The notes: a model not told the origin generated them from the sequence alone. A stretch of 64,000 nucleotides of DNA from an uncultured virus (IMG/VR IMGVR_UViG_3300005077_000036) (IMGVR_UViG_3300005077_000036); one strand, 5' to 3'. Positions 9,371 to 19,084 are shown, counted from the first letter of the stretch. Program-made: numbers and translations.

Positions 9371-9852
9371 ACGAGCTTTTGGTAGAAGGAAAGCTCATCG
9401 CGGAGCCTGCCTGGGCTAAGCTTGTTCAGGCTGGTACGAAGATGATGCGCTTCAAGCGTTGCCACATTGTGGGCGGTGTGTGGCACATTGATCCGTACAG
9501 GCCGGTGTTTGTGGGGTTCGATAAATGCCTGATTTCCGATGCAGACCTGTCCGGCTGGAAGTCGAATCGCCCGTTTTCTCAGTGTCATCTTGTTGATTGC
9601 AACCTCAAGCGAGTTGTTTCAGGCTCCTTCTGGCGGTGTGTAATCGCGGGGTGTGAGGTTCCCGCGCTTACCGAGGTCCACGTGAGCGTCGCCGGGGGGG
9701 TGGGGGTGCTTGCGGCCCCCGTTTACGAACGGCGGCGATCTTACTTTACCCAATGCACCTTCTTCGATTCGTGGGACGAGGACCAAGACTGGCGCCCGGA
9801 CATGACGCTTCCCGAGGACTACTACACGAGCAACCGCAGGAGAAGCAGATGA
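9367..9852 (+). CDS. Pentapeptide/beta-solenoid-like protein B1 with shared C-terminal tag
   Basis: FxxCxI/L repeats; paralog of 11038-11535; ends DWRPDMTLPEDYYTSNRRRSR. Confidence 0.6.
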   Translation: MNELLVEGKLIAEPAWAKLVQAGTKMMRFKRCHIVGGVWHIDPYRPVFVGFDKCLISDADLSGWKSNRPFSQCHLVDCNLKRVVSGSFWRCVIAGCEVPALTEVHVSVAGGVGVLAAPVYERRRSYFTQCTFFDSWDEDQDWRPDMTLPEDYYTSNRRRSR

Positions 9853-10442
9853 CGCGAACAATTTCTCATGAGTATTTCCACGACTTCGATTGGATTCAGC
9901 TGCCTCCCATTAAGGAGGCTATCAAGCCACGTCCGTACGTGGCGGGATTTCCGGCGGGCTTTCCCCCTGACGTGCTACGCGATACCAACTTCGCCCATTG
10001 CTCGTTCTACAAGGGCCGGTGGAACGTGGCCATGCGCGCCGTTGATTTCCATGGCTGTAACTTCATAGAATGCGACTTTACGGGTCTGACGCTGACGGGT
10101 TCGGCGACGAACCCGGGGGCGATCAGCAAATCCGCCTTCCACGGATGTGATTTTCGGGCGCCAACCCTCTTGAGGACGCTAGATTGTTCATTCTTCGCCT
10201 GCAAGTTTCCTGCTCTCCGGTATGAGGGCGCGCAAGGAAGGGCTGCGTCTTTTACGAGCAAGATGTTGCGTGCGACAACCGTACAGCCTCCCGACTTGGT
10301 GGGTAAGCGTGGAGCGTTACTTATCTTGGATGCTGCCGTAAGATCAGGGCAACCATTGTCCCACGAGGCAGACTGGCGCCCGGACGTGTTGACGCCCGAA
10401 GACTACTACGCGCGCAACTCGAGGCGCAGGGGGCGCAGATGA
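9849..10442 (+). CDS. Pentapeptide-repeat-like protein C1 with shared C-terminal tag
   Basis: FAHCSF, FHGCNFIECDF, FHGCDF; paralog of 10439-11041; ends DWRPDVLTPEDYYARNSRRRGRR. Confidence 0.65.
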   Translation: MTRTISHEYFHDFDWIQLPPIKEAIKPRPYVAGFPAGFPPDVLRDTNFAHCSFYKGRWNVAMRAVDFHGCNFIECDFTGLTLTGSATNPGAISKSAFHGCDFRAPTLLRTLDCSFFACKFPALRYEGAQGRAASFTSKMLRATTVQPPDLVGKRGALLILDAAVRSGQPLSHEADWRPDVLTPEDYYARNSRRRGRR

Positions 10443-11041
10443 CGGTGTTTCCCGAGCCGGTACTCATTTCGCATGAGCATTTCGACGATTTCGATTGGAC
10501 TCAACTGCCTCCCATTCAAGACGCGACCGCGCCTCGTCCGTACTTGGCGGGTTTTGTTGACAAGCTACGCGACACTGAATTCGCTCATTGCTCTTTCTAC
10601 AGGGGCCGGTGGGGCGTGGGCATGAATAGGGTCAGGTTCCATCACTGCGATTTCATAGAATGCGACTTCGCGGGTTTGACGATCAATCTGGGCTCTTTGC
10701 ACGATTCATCGTTCCACAGGTGCGATTTTCGAGCAGGCTCCCGTGTGTCGCGAACGCGAACCATCTTGACGACGCGAGACTGCTCATTTTTCGCGTGCAA
10801 GTTCCCTGTTCTTCGATTTCGCAACGCTGAAGGTAGATACACGATTTTTACAAAGCAAATGCTGCGTGCGACAACCTTGCAACCACCCATTTTGACGAGC
10901 GATTGCAAGATAGTTTGCATACGCATTTATGATGCTGTCGTAATATCAGGGCAACCAATGTCTCACGAGTCAGACTGGCGCCCGGACGTGTTGACGCCCG
11001 AAGACTACTACGCGCGCAACCGGAGTCGAAGGCGCAGATGA
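10439..11041 (+). CDS. Pentapeptide-repeat-like protein C2 with shared C-terminal tag
   Basis: FHHCDFIECDF, FHRCDF; ends DWRPDVLTPEDYYARNRSRRRR. Confidence 0.65.
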   Translation: MTVFPEPVLISHEHFDDFDWTQLPPIQDATAPRPYLAGFVDKLRDTEFAHCSFYRGRWGVGMNRVRFHHCDFIECDFAGLTINLGSLHDSSFHRCDFRAGSRVSRTRTILTTRDCSFFACKFPVLRFRNAEGRYTIFTKQMLRATTLQPPILTSDCKIVCIRIYDAVVISGQPMSHESDWRPDVLTPEDYYARNRSRRRR

Positions 11042-11535
11042 ACGAAATCAACATAGCCGACAAGCTCATTGTAGAACCTGTGTGGGCCAAGCTCGTCCCC
11101 GCTGCTACGAAGATGCGCTTCAAGCGTTGTCACGTCACGGGCGGCTTCTGGTATACTGACCCATACAGGCCGGTTTTTGTGGGATTCGCCCAATGCTTGA
11201 TTTCCGATGCGGATATGTCTGGGTGGCACTCAGAGAGGTCGTTTTCTGACTCCCACATCGTGCAATGCGACATACGGTCTGTGATTTCTGGTTACTTTTG
11301 GCGATGTGTGATCGCGGGGTGTCAAATACCGGAGCTTGCAGAGATCGAGATGAACTTCTCTGGGGGAGCGGGGCACAAGACACTTGCGACGCGTGAGCCC
11401 GAAGCGAGGCGTTCCGTGTTTATCGACTGCACTTTTTTGGACTCATGGGATGAGGAGCAAGACTGGCGCCCGGGTGTGACGCTTCCCGAGGACTACTACA
11501 CGAGCAACCGGGGGCGCGGGAGGCGTGTCCGATGA
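11038..11535 (+). CDS. Pentapeptide/beta-solenoid-like protein B2 with shared C-terminal tag
   Basis: Paralog of B1 (RFKRCH, DPYRPVFVGF, FWRCVIAGC); ends DWRPGVTLPEDYYTSNRGRGRRVR. Confidence 0.6.
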   Translation: MNEINIADKLIVEPVWAKLVPAATKMRFKRCHVTGGFWYTDPYRPVFVGFAQCLISDADMSGWHSERSFSDSHIVQCDIRSVISGYFWRCVIAGCQIPELAEIEMNFSGGAGHKTLATREPEARRSVFIDCTFLDSWDEEQDWRPGVTLPEDYYTSNRGRGRRVR

Positions 11536-11744
11536 AATTTGGCTCCGCAGTGTGGGTTCTTCGGGGCGGGGGCGCGCCTTCAGGGACGCCAGGATGCAGC
11601 CGGCGGGTGAGGGGCGTGCTCGTTGGAGCGAGAGGCAACGAGCGTCTCGTGCGCCTCGCCGAAGACGACCCGTACGATACCGTCGGCTGGTCCAAGCGGG
11701 GGCAGATCGGCAGATGGAGCGCGAGCGCTGTCATTAGCGCTTGA
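11532..11744 (+). CDS. Hypothetical protein
   Basis: ATGA-coupled to the last array gene. Confidence 0.45.
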   Translation: MKFGSAVWVLRGGGAPSGTPGCSRRVRGVLVGARGNERLVRLAEDDPYDTVGWSKRGQIGRWSASAVISA

Positions 11745-11775
11745 CTTTGCCTGCTTCGGGTGGTTTTATTGCCGC

Positions 11776-12684
11776 ATGGTAAAGAGCGTCAAGGCAGTAT
11801 GGGCCATGCAGTCGCCAACGCTTCTTGGTCGCCTGCGTTCGAAGCACTGGGACCTTCGGGTTATTTCGCTCGGAGATGATGACATGGCTGAGCGAGCCCA
11901 GTGCGGGCTCGACGCGATGGAGCCTGGGTTCGCTCCCGACCTGGTGTTCGTGTGCACCACGAAGCAGCTGGAACAAACGAGGGTCCGATTCCCCCTCGCC
12001 AGCGTCGTACGTGCGGTGCACCAAGGGTACTACCACAACATTCCTCATTGGGAATCTTGCAGTGAACACTCGCCCATCGTGGTGTTCTCCTACATGAATG
12101 CAAGGCAGCTGCGAGCCGACGTGAGAGTCAAGTGCTCGGTGCTTGTGCCCACCTTCGAGCCTGGCGTGCGCCGATCATGGAAATGGAAGCCCGATGTCTT
12201 CTGGACGATGATGAGCCGCCCTCATGCGAGATCGCCGATGACACGGGCTGGCGTCGAAACGGCCCTGTGGTGGGCGAGGCAAGCCCGAGCGACCATCAGG
12301 CACTCGTGGTTTGGCGAACAGGCGGCTGACGGTTTCCTGGACGCTGCCGGGCGTGCTGCTCTGACGGCAAGCTGCACGGCGTACTTGTCCGTGCTGCCGG
12401 TCAAGTCGGGGCTCGGGCTTGGCGAGCATGAGTGCATGCAGGCGGGCTGCCCCGTTGCGGGTAGCCGATTCGGCGACGTGACAGAGATCGACGTTGAGCG
12501 ATACCAGTTAGCCCTTTCCGATTTTACAGACACCATCGGAACCAAGAACATGGTGATTTCCTGTGCGTCTTCTCCCGACGTCGCGAACCTCGCTTCGTAC
12601 GGAGGTATGCAGTACCTGAGGGACAGATATTCAAGCCATCATACCGACTTGTCCGTCGAGAGGCTTCTCGATGAAATGTTGTGA
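11776..12684 (+). CDS. GT-B fold glycosyltransferase-like protein
   Basis: SGLGLGEHECMQAGCPVAGS resembles the GT4 E-x7-E/G-x-P-V motif; TTGACT at 11741 upstream. Confidence 0.55.
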   Translation: MVKSVKAVWAMQSPTLLGRLRSKHWDLRVISLGDDDMAERAQCGLDAMEPGFAPDLVFVCTTKQLEQTRVRFPLASVVRAVHQGYYHNIPHWESCSEHSPIVVFSYMNARQLRADVRVKCSVLVPTFEPGVRRSWKWKPDVFWTMMSRPHARSPMTRAGVETALWWARQARATIRHSWFGEQAADGFLDAAGRAALTASCTAYLSVLPVKSGLGLGEHECMQAGCPVAGSRFGDVTEIDVERYQLALSDFTDTIGTKNMVISCASSPDVANLASYGGMQYLRDRYSSHHTDLSVERLLDEML

Positions 12685-12956
12685 CGCTTGACAGCCGGGT
12701 GAGACCGGCCACGGGAGTGGTGATGGCTCGTATCTTGGGCGTGTATGCGAAAATTCAGTGTCAGGTTTGCGGCGCCTTTGGCGACCGCGTGAAAATGACC
12801 GGCAGCAAGGGGGACGAGTGCGCAAGGTGGCGCCACCGCTTGAATCTAAAGGTAAAGCGTCTGGAAAGCAAAGGTTGGCGATTTGTGCGCCGGCAACGCT
12901 TGATCAGGGCCACGTGCCGGCAATGCTTTGCTGCTGCTAAGGAGAAAGTGCTGTGA
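12681..12956 (+). CDS. Zn-finger hypothetical protein
   Basis: CQVC...CRQC. Confidence 0.5.
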   Translation: MTLDSRVRPATGVVMARILGVYAKIQCQVCGAFGDRVKMTGSKGDECARWRHRLNLKVKRLESKGWRFVRRQRLIRATCRQCFAAAKEKVL

Positions 12957-13288
12957 GCTTTCCCACGTTTCGAAGGCTGAGACCGAACCCGCAGACGCCT
13001 GATGGTGCACCGCTGCTTCGTAGAAACGAAGTAAAACTCTGGTGCGAAGCAGCAGTGAGGCAAGGGATAGGGTGTGCGGACGACGTGATTTTCGCCCTCA
13101 GACAGCGCTCTGGCGCGGCGTACTCGGAGCAGACGCTCGAAAGGCTCGTCTACGCCACGAAGGAAGACGGGAAACCGTGGCCCTTGAGGTGCGCGTGGCA
13201 TGGGTGCGAGAACGAGCACCCCAGCGCGCCGGAGGGGGCGTCGAGCGACACAGAGGGTTGGCTTTGTCCGGAGCACAATCATGGGTGA
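12953..13288 (+). CDS. Hypothetical protein with Cys/His motif
   Basis: GTGA coupling; CAWHGC...CPEH. Confidence 0.5.
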   Translation: MSFPTFRRLRPNPQTPDGAPLLRRNEVKLWCEAAVRQGIGCADDVIFALRQRSGAAYSEQTLERLVYATKEDGKPWPLRCAWHGCENEHPSAPEGASSDTEGWLCPEHNHG

Positions 13289-13484
13289 CCCGCAATTTGG
13301 ACTCCGAAAGCTCCCTGGCGAAAGCTGGCGGGAGGCCGCGCTTCGGGTGGCGAAGCCGTGGGGGCTTGAGGCCGAGGTTGCGGACCAGTACGACCTGGAA
13401 GTCAGCCGCGGAGTCGAAGACGCTCGTGCCGCATGGAACGCGTGCTTCGATTGGGACGTCTTGGAAGTAAGGAACGCAGAATGA
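13281..13484 (+). CDS. Hypothetical protein
   Basis: GGAG RBS; MGDPQFGLRKLPGESWREAALR. Confidence 0.5.
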   Translation: MGDPQFGLRKLPGESWREAALRVAKPWGLEAEVADQYDLEVSRGVEDARAAWNACFDWDVLEVRNAE

Positions 13485-13723
13485 CCGAGATTGAGCTGGT
13501 TGATCAAGACGTGGTGCGTCGGCGCAAGCAGACGGAGGCGGAGCGAGCGCTCAAGCAGGCGCAGGATCTCGCTCGCACCGTCAAATAGGCGACTTCGGTC
13601 ATGCTCTTGCCTTCTGGCGAGACGCACATGGACAAGATGGAGGCCGCGCTCCGAACGTCGAGCGCTGTCGTTCGGCGCAACGAGGCGCTATCCCGGCTTT
13701 TGGCGCTCCTCACGGGGGGTTGA
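13481..13723 (+). pseudogene. Helical protein interrupted by in-frame TAG at 13586-13588
   Basis: MTEIELVDQ...ARTVK*ATSVMLL...LLTGG; ATGA-coupled upstream and ends 2 nt before the next ATG. Confidence 0.45.
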
Positions 13724-13725
13724 TC

Positions 13726-13908
13726 ATGGGGGGGACTCGCATTCCCATGTGGTGGGTGTGCCCAGAATGTGGCGCTCGAACAGATACAAATTGGACGTTT
13801 TGCTACCACAGGTGCGCCTGCGGGCGGCGCGTGTGGCTAGGCGATTTGCTGCCGGGCAGCAGACAGGTGCGAGCAGACGCTGTGCCCGATGACAACACGG
13901 GGGAATGA
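13726..13908 (+). CDS. Small Zn-ribbon protein
   Basis: WVCPECG...CACG. Confidence 0.45.
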   Translation: MGGTRIPMWWVCPECGARTDTNWTFCYHRCACGRRVWLGDLLPGSRQVRADAVPDDNTGE

Positions 13909-13909
13909 C

Positions 13910-14350
13910 ATGGCTCACATTTTGGGTGTGGGTGTCAAAATAGGTGCGCTTCCTAAAAAGAATATCCGATCGAGGTGGAAGCAGACGAACGACGGGTACG
14001 TGTGCCGGGTGTGCGGCGCTCGGCAGGATAAGCCCACGATGCTGTGTCCAGATCCCATCTCCACTGCCCCTTCGGGCAAGGGTGTCACCTTTCAATGCTT
14101 TGACGTCGAGCAGGTTGGCTTTCCCGGGTGGATGGTTGAATTGTGGCGTCGTCCCTTGTACCTGCTGCCGCCTTACACCCATCCTGCCAGGAAGGGCGGG
14201 GCGACGGTCACGTGCTTGTCCTGCGACGCCAGACTTCACGTTCCCAGCTTGAGCGTTTTGCAGCAGGTCGCGCTCAGGGCGGGGTGGAGGCAGGTCGGAG
14301 AGCCCCGGCTCGGTACGTGGACCTGCCCGAATTGTGGAGGTGAGCTGTGA
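13910..14350 (+). CDS. Zn-finger hypothetical protein
   Basis: CRVC, CLSC, CPNC. Confidence 0.55.
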   Translation: MAHILGVGVKIGALPKKNIRSRWKQTNDGYVCRVCGARQDKPTMLCPDPISTAPSGKGVTFQCFDVEQVGFPGWMVELWRRPLYLLPPYTHPARKGGATVTCLSCDARLHVPSLSVLQQVALRAGWRQVGEPRLGTWTCPNCGGEL

Positions 14351-14655
14351 GCAGGAGAGCTTTGACTGTGTGGGTGGACGCGGAAGACGACATGTGCGGC
14401 TGGTGTGCGAAGCAAGACAAGCCGTTCATGCGTTGTTCGCAATTCAACGTCACTCTTGGATGGAGAGAGCAGCAGGGCCAGCTGGCTTTCATTCGCTGCC
14501 AGGCTTGTCTCGAAGCCGAGTCGCCCGCGCTTCAGCAGGCCGGGCACGACCGGGACGCCAGGGCTCAAATGCCGACGCTACCCAATACTGGCGGGGCGGA
14601 CGCCGAAGCGATGCTACAGCAAGGCAGGCACGAGAGAGGCTTCCGGCATGAGTAG
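14347..14655 (+). CDS. Cys-rich hypothetical protein
   Basis: GGAGG RBS and GTGA coupling. Confidence 0.5.
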   Translation: MSRRALTVWVDAEDDMCGWCAKQDKPFMRCSQFNVTLGWREQQGQLAFIRCQACLEAESPALQQAGHDRDARAQMPTLPNTGGADAEAMLQQGRHERGFRHE

Positions 14656-14745
14656 GCACACCAAAGCGGATCTTATCGTGGGAGTGCTCATCGCGCTTGC
14701 GGTGGCTGGCTTGGTGGCGCTTTCATTCCTGCCGGGGCGTTAGAC

Positions 14746-14955
14746 ATGTCCAGGAGAGAGACAGCAGCGTTCAAAGCTCTTGAGACAATGATTGACGTGG
14801 AGGTCACAAGCCGACTTCAGAGCATGCGAGAGGCCGGCGTGGACGTGGAGGAACGGTGGAAGTTCCTGCTTACAATCGCAAAAGAAGTGGGCGACGCACG
14901 CGACACCTCGGTGCTGCGTGGCATCCTCAGCCGGGTTCGGCAGTCAAAGGAATAG
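14746..14955 (+). CDS. Hypothetical protein
   Basis: Co-oriented 69 aa helical ORF. Confidence 0.5.
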   Translation: MSRRETAAFKALETMIDVEVTSRLQSMREAGVDVEERWKFLLTIAKEVGDARDTSVLRGILSRVRQSKE

Positions 14956-14984
14956 GGAGCGGGAGCGCTTGCAAGGAGGATGCG

Positions 14985-15326
14985 ATGGATTGGACGGAGT
15001 ACGCCGAGGCGAATAGGGTCAAAGATGCCGGGGATAGAGAGGAAGTTTTGCTTGCGTCGCGTGACTACAGGACTGCTCCCGAGAGGCAGCAGAATGTTCG
15101 TTTAGCTGGCTGGATGCTCAGGCGCCCAGCTAGCAAGGCGCACTGGGCTCCCGTGGTGGCAGCGATGGCTAACCTTGCTGGTGCGCTTCGATGTGCCTGG
15201 GAACGAAACGGCTGGGCGATGCTGGCGATGCTCGTCGGCGCTTTCATTTGTCTCGTCGTCTGGCGGCTCCATCTTGTTTTCGTGAAGGGTCGTGTCATTG
15301 TTGACGTTGAGAAGGCACGAGCCTAG
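14985..15326 (+). CDS. Membrane protein
   Basis: AGGAGG RBS; hydrophobic C-terminal helices. Confidence 0.5.
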   Translation: MDWTEYAEANRVKDAGDREEVLLASRDYRTAPERQQNVRLAGWMLRRPASKAHWAPVVAAMANLAGALRCAWERNGWAMLAMLVGAFICLVVWRLHLVFVKGRVIVDVEKARA

Positions 15327-16652
15327 CTGCGTGCCTGTTTGGGAAACGTCTGCATTGCCATCCACAGTAGAACCTTGTTTTTCCTAGGTGGGTCGCTGTT
15401 GTAAGGGCCCCTGTGCTGAAGCACTTCGCCTGTCCTTTGCTGTATCTCGGCTGTGGACCGGCCCTCGTCTGTGGCTATGGACAAGATGAAAGAGTGTCCC
15501 TGCTCGACCAGCGGGATGAACGTGTCCACGCAGTGATGCATGGCTTCGTGCTCCTCAAGGAGGTCTTGGCCCGTGGTGAGAAACCTCACGCCTCCAGGCA
15601 GGGACCATCCATGAGGCTTGCGTGCAATGATTCGGGAGGCCTTCCGGTGCGCTTCCTCCCTCTCCCTTTTCACTCGCTCTGCTGCGCGTTCGAACGCCTT
15701 TTTGATAGGCGTGCGAACACCTTCTGCGAGATCGACATCCTGTATTTCGTCAAGATAATCAATGTAGCGCCCCCTGCGCACGGGCAACCCGGGGAGCCGG
15801 CGCTCCTTGAACATCTCCGGCCACTTGCCCCTGTCGTAGATCGCTTCCGCCCATCGTGACACGAGCACCGTTCTCATGACGAAACACTCGTCGTCGTCCA
15901 GGTCCGGGTGACCAACCTTCAGCCCAATTCTCTTTCGGATCCAGCTCGGCGGGATAGTCGTAATACTCGTGGTCGAGGGCAAGTTGCTGCGGGCTCATCC
16001 CCCTGACCAACTGGCGAGCCACGCGTATGTCTGCCAGTGGGTAGTCAGGATAAAGCGTTCGTACAATCATCGTCTCAGTGGCACAGAAGGCACTTTCGCT
16101 TTGAGGATCAAGCCTTTTACGGTCCGCTTCTTTGAAAGGTACGCCCTTGCCAGGCTGGGTAAGTGCCTCCATCATCGCAGCGCAGGCTCTCCTTCCCGAA
16201 GCGTAAGCGAGCCGCACTCTGCCTGTCGGGTCCGCCAAAATCTCTCGGTTGATTGCAAAAATCTCGCTCCATTCTTCGTCCGTCCAGTCGTCAACCTCGT
16301 GGCGGTGTCTTGGCGGGGCGAAGCACAAGGCGTACGCTTGTGCTTCCGGCTCCAACTTGCCGAGACGAATCAGAAGGTCGTCCGAAAACTCAGGCTTGAT
16401 CATCTTTGGCTTCGGGCTTTTCCCGCCTACATGCCGGTATACGAAGTCGGGCGAATCGGCCAGCTCCCTGTCTTTTACGCGAAGGGCTCGGACTCGCATT
16501 CGGGCGAGGCTTGGCCTGCGCTTCGCACGGCGCTTTGCTTGAGCATCCGTGATGTTCGGCCGTGCTAGCCTCCGCCTACAAACCCAGAAGCATGCCGCTG
16601 CGGCGGACAGAGCTGCGGCAGTCGCAACGGCGCTTTGGTACATCACCTTCAT
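15323..16652 (-). pseudogene. PcfJ-like protein with N-terminal TM, split by a frameshift near 15950-15985
   Basis: C-terminal LTTGQDLLEEHEAMHHCVDTF...RSTAEI...QHRGPYN is PcfJ-like. Both ORFs (15759-16652 and 15323-15982) align colinearly to the single ORF 43827-45161. Confidence 0.65.
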
Positions 16653-16667
16653 GGGTGCAGTGTGCCA

Positions 16668-17417
16668 CTACCTCCCGATCATGCGAAGGATGCGAGGCGC
16701 TGAATGGGTGCGGATGCGGCGGAGTAGCGATGCCCTGTCCGGGTGCAGGTGCGTTGACCGGACGAATTGACGCAGCCCCTCCGGCGTGCCGGCGAACACG
16801 TTCAGGTCTACCTTGCCCCTCACTCCCGGCACGCTCCCCTGGTCGGTCGTCTGCCAGAACACCCATTCGTCCCAGCCGCCGGGAACACGGGGAGGCTTCG
16901 CCGTGAAGTCGGCTATCCACAAGGGCCAACGCCATAGCTTGTGGTCGAAGCTGAACAGGAAGTACGGGAAGCCGTACACGATGGGGCGGCGGTGCAGCTC
17001 GTTTTCGATGATCTCGATGAAGGCGAGCGCCCGGCCAAGAGCCGTCGAGGCACTCTCCCCCGCCAGCGTCTCGAAGTCGATCACTGGGGGGAGGTCTCGC
17101 TGAAGCAGCCCTCCCGCGTCCTTGATTCGTGCGATCATGTCCTCGGCCTGGTCCACGCCACTGTACGATGGTCGAAAGTACATGTAGGCCCCCCGAATGA
17201 GGCCTGCCTCAAGCGTCCCTGTCCAATTTTCAGGGAACCTCGGGTCTACCTTCAGGAAGCTGTCGGCCGTTCGAACGAACGCGAACGTGTGGCCGTGCTC
17301 CGCCACCCGTTTCCAGTCAACTTGTCCCTGGTGGTACGAGACGTCTATGCCGCGGGTGATCTCAAGGCTTGCCGGAGCTACCTGCCGCACGGTGCCGAAG
17401 GCTTTGTCTTGCGTCAT
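16668..17417 (-). CDS. GH25 lysozyme (endolysin)
   Basis: GIDVSYHQG, RGAYMYF, PPVIDFE, LWIADF, FWQ, VDLNVF. Confidence 0.9.
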   Translation of the reverse strand: MTQDKAFGTVRQVAPASLEITRGIDVSYHQGQVDWKRVAEHGHTFAFVRTADSFLKVDPRFPENWTGTLEAGLIRGAYMYFRPSYSGVDQAEDMIARIKDAGGLLQRDLPPVIDFETLAGESASTALGRALAFIEIIENELHRRPIVYGFPYFLFSFDHKLWRWPLWIADFTAKPPRVPGGWDEWVFWQTTDQGSVPGVRGKVDLNVFAGTPEGLRQFVRSTHLHPDRASLLRRIRTHSAPRILRMIGR

Positions 17418-17476
17418 TCTCAACACGTACCGCGACATCCTTGGCTGGGGAAGGGTGCGCTGGCACAATCCGGGGC

Positions 17477-17737
17477 ATGCGTCCGATCGCTCTCATGCCC
17501 ATCCGCCCCGGGGGCCACAGTGCCATCCGGAAGCTCCTGCGTCGAGCTGGCATCCGCTGGTATCAGAAGGAGTACATCCCCGCGAGCCGAATGGTTTCGT
17601 ACCTGGGCTCGGGCGGCGGCTACTCCAGGGGCCACTACGTGGTGTACCCGTCCCCACGCCAAAGCAACTTCATCCGAAGCTCGTTCTGGCGGCGCCAACG
17701 GCAAGGCCGGCCCACCCTTTTCGTGATCGGAAACTGA
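17477..17737 (+). CDS. Small basic hypothetical protein
   Basis: TGGCACAAT -10-like element 7 nt before ATG; Arg-rich. Confidence 0.45.
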   Translation: MRPIALMPIRPGGHSAIRKLLRRAGIRWYQKEYIPASRMVSYLGSGGGYSRGHYVVYPSPRQSNFIRSSFWRRQRQGRPTLFVIGN

Positions 17738-17738
17738 C

Positions 17739-18572
17739 GTGCCGACGAACCTTCTGTACTGGGGCGGCCCGGTAACGGGCTCGCAGCCGAACGCAGTGGA
17801 CTGGGGAGCGCCCACCAAGATCGTGACCGTGGGTGAGAACGGCTCCGAGGCCAACGCGTCTCGTGCGGCTGCTCTCATTCAGGCGGGGGGAGGGTGCGGG
17901 TGGAAGGCGCTGGCGAAGAAGGCGGGGCTTGCGCCCGAGGAGGTGGGCTCGTTCGGCATCGCCGGCTTCTCCGCGTTCCACGGGGCGGCGCGGGAGTTCT
18001 CCCGGTCGGACTGCGACTTCAGCCGTATCTCGTACATCCACCTGGCCGACGCCTGCTTCATGGGAGCGGGCGCGTCCAAGCCGTACGAGGCGCTGCTGCG
18101 GTTCGCTCGGGCAGCTGTGGACCCGGGGTCGGGCAAGCTCATGGTTGCGACGACGAACGGCCCCTGGGACCAGGCGCTTCACTACTCACACGCGGGCACG
18201 AACTACGACCTCACGAGCGGGGCGCAGTGCTTCCGGCTGATCTGGAACGCCGCAACGGCCGGCAAGAGCATCAGCACGTCCGTGTCGCTGCCTCCAGGCC
18301 TGCCGGCGCCGACGTTGGCGCAGCGGTGTGGCAACCTCATCTGGCTCCACTACGAGCCCAAGGGGTCGGATTCGCACGGCTACCATGTCCATGTGCTTGC
18401 GACGCCTCTGATGCAGTGGTTCGGCGCTCCGTGGATGCGTGGCGAGCGGCCTTCATCCGGCCTGCCCATCCCAGTCGGCATGCCCACGGACTTGGGCAGC
18501 GTGCTGGCTGGCGCGGCGGCGGCGGTGCTTGGCTTCCTGGGTTTCCGGTGGTTTCGTCGGAGGAGAAGATGA
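17739..18572 (+). CDS. Alpha/beta-hydrolase-like protein with C-terminal TM anchor
   Basis: IAGFSAFHG; paralogous to 7563-8600; tail VLAGAAAAVLGFLGFRWFRRRR. Confidence 0.6.
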   Translation: MPTNLLYWGGPVTGSQPNAVDWGAPTKIVTVGENGSEANASRAAALIQAGGGCGWKALAKKAGLAPEEVGSFGIAGFSAFHGAAREFSRSDCDFSRISYIHLADACFMGAGASKPYEALLRFARAAVDPGSGKLMVATTNGPWDQALHYSHAGTNYDLTSGAQCFRLIWNAATAGKSISTSVSLPPGLPAPTLAQRCGNLIWLHYEPKGSDSHGYHVHVLATPLMQWFGAPWMRGERPSSGLPIPVGMPTDLGSVLAGAAAAVLGFLGFRWFRRRRR

Positions 18573-19084
18573 CGACCAGGGGTCGAATGTTTCTATCGGT
18601 CGATCCGAGGTGCATCGACGATGAATTTGAGGAATGCGCGTTCTTTGGCTGGGATAGCTCTGCTATAAAGCGGTGTACGGGCAATTGGACCACATTTCGT
18701 AGGTGCTTGTTCCAGGACATCAATTTTTATTTTCTAGACTACATAGAGATGGAAGACTGTACGATTGTCAAGTGCGATTTCAGCGCGGCCAAGCATGCTG
18801 AGCTCGTGGAGGACTACCTTCTGCTGGCCTACTGCCGCAGACGTGCAGTGATGACTATTTGCGATCCCAGGTTCAACGTGTGCTGTCGGGCGCCCGCGTC
18901 CATCGGGTGCTCGGTAAGTCGAGTTCTGCGAGGGCAGGCGACGCTACCGGAGCTGATTCGAGTGCACGGTCATTCAGGCGGCAGGTGGGCTCTCTACGGT
19001 GGCATGGCCGCTTTCGCCATCGCCGTCGGCTATCTCGTGTGGCGGCCTACGTCCCAGAGATCGTCGTCGGGACAAAAAGCATGA
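18569..19084 (+). CDS. Pentapeptide-like protein with C-terminal TM
   Basis: FEECAF, FRRCLF, MEDCTIVKCDF; tail ALYGGMAAFAIAVGYLVWR; ATGA coupling. Confidence 0.5.
   Translation: MTTRGRMFLSVDPRCIDDEFEECAFFGWDSSAIKRCTGNWTTFRRCLFQDINFYFLDYIEMEDCTIVKCDFSAAKHAELVEDYLLLAYCRRRAVMTICDPRFNVCCRAPASIGCSVSRVLRGQATLPELIRVHGHSGGRWALYGGMAAFAIAVGYLVWRPTSQRSSSGQKA

Larger units (their letters stand above)
9293..11535 (+). repeat. Five copies of a 66-78 bp gene-terminal repeat
   Basis: GACTGGCGCCCGG..CCCGA(G/A)GACTACTAC..GCAA..GATGA at 9293-9370, 9787-9852, 10371-10442, 10973-11041 and 11461-11535. Confidence 0.9.

Noticed and set aside
9293..11535. CRISPR array or DGR interpretation of the repeats
   Set aside because: The repeats are in-frame gene ends separated by 400-600 bp of coding DNA; there is no cas gene, reverse transcriptase or adenine-specific variation.
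13586..13588. TAG stop-codon reassignment
   Set aside because: Only one case; many genes end cleanly in TAG (e.g. 1659, 6370, 48605, 61557) and no suppressor tRNA was seen.
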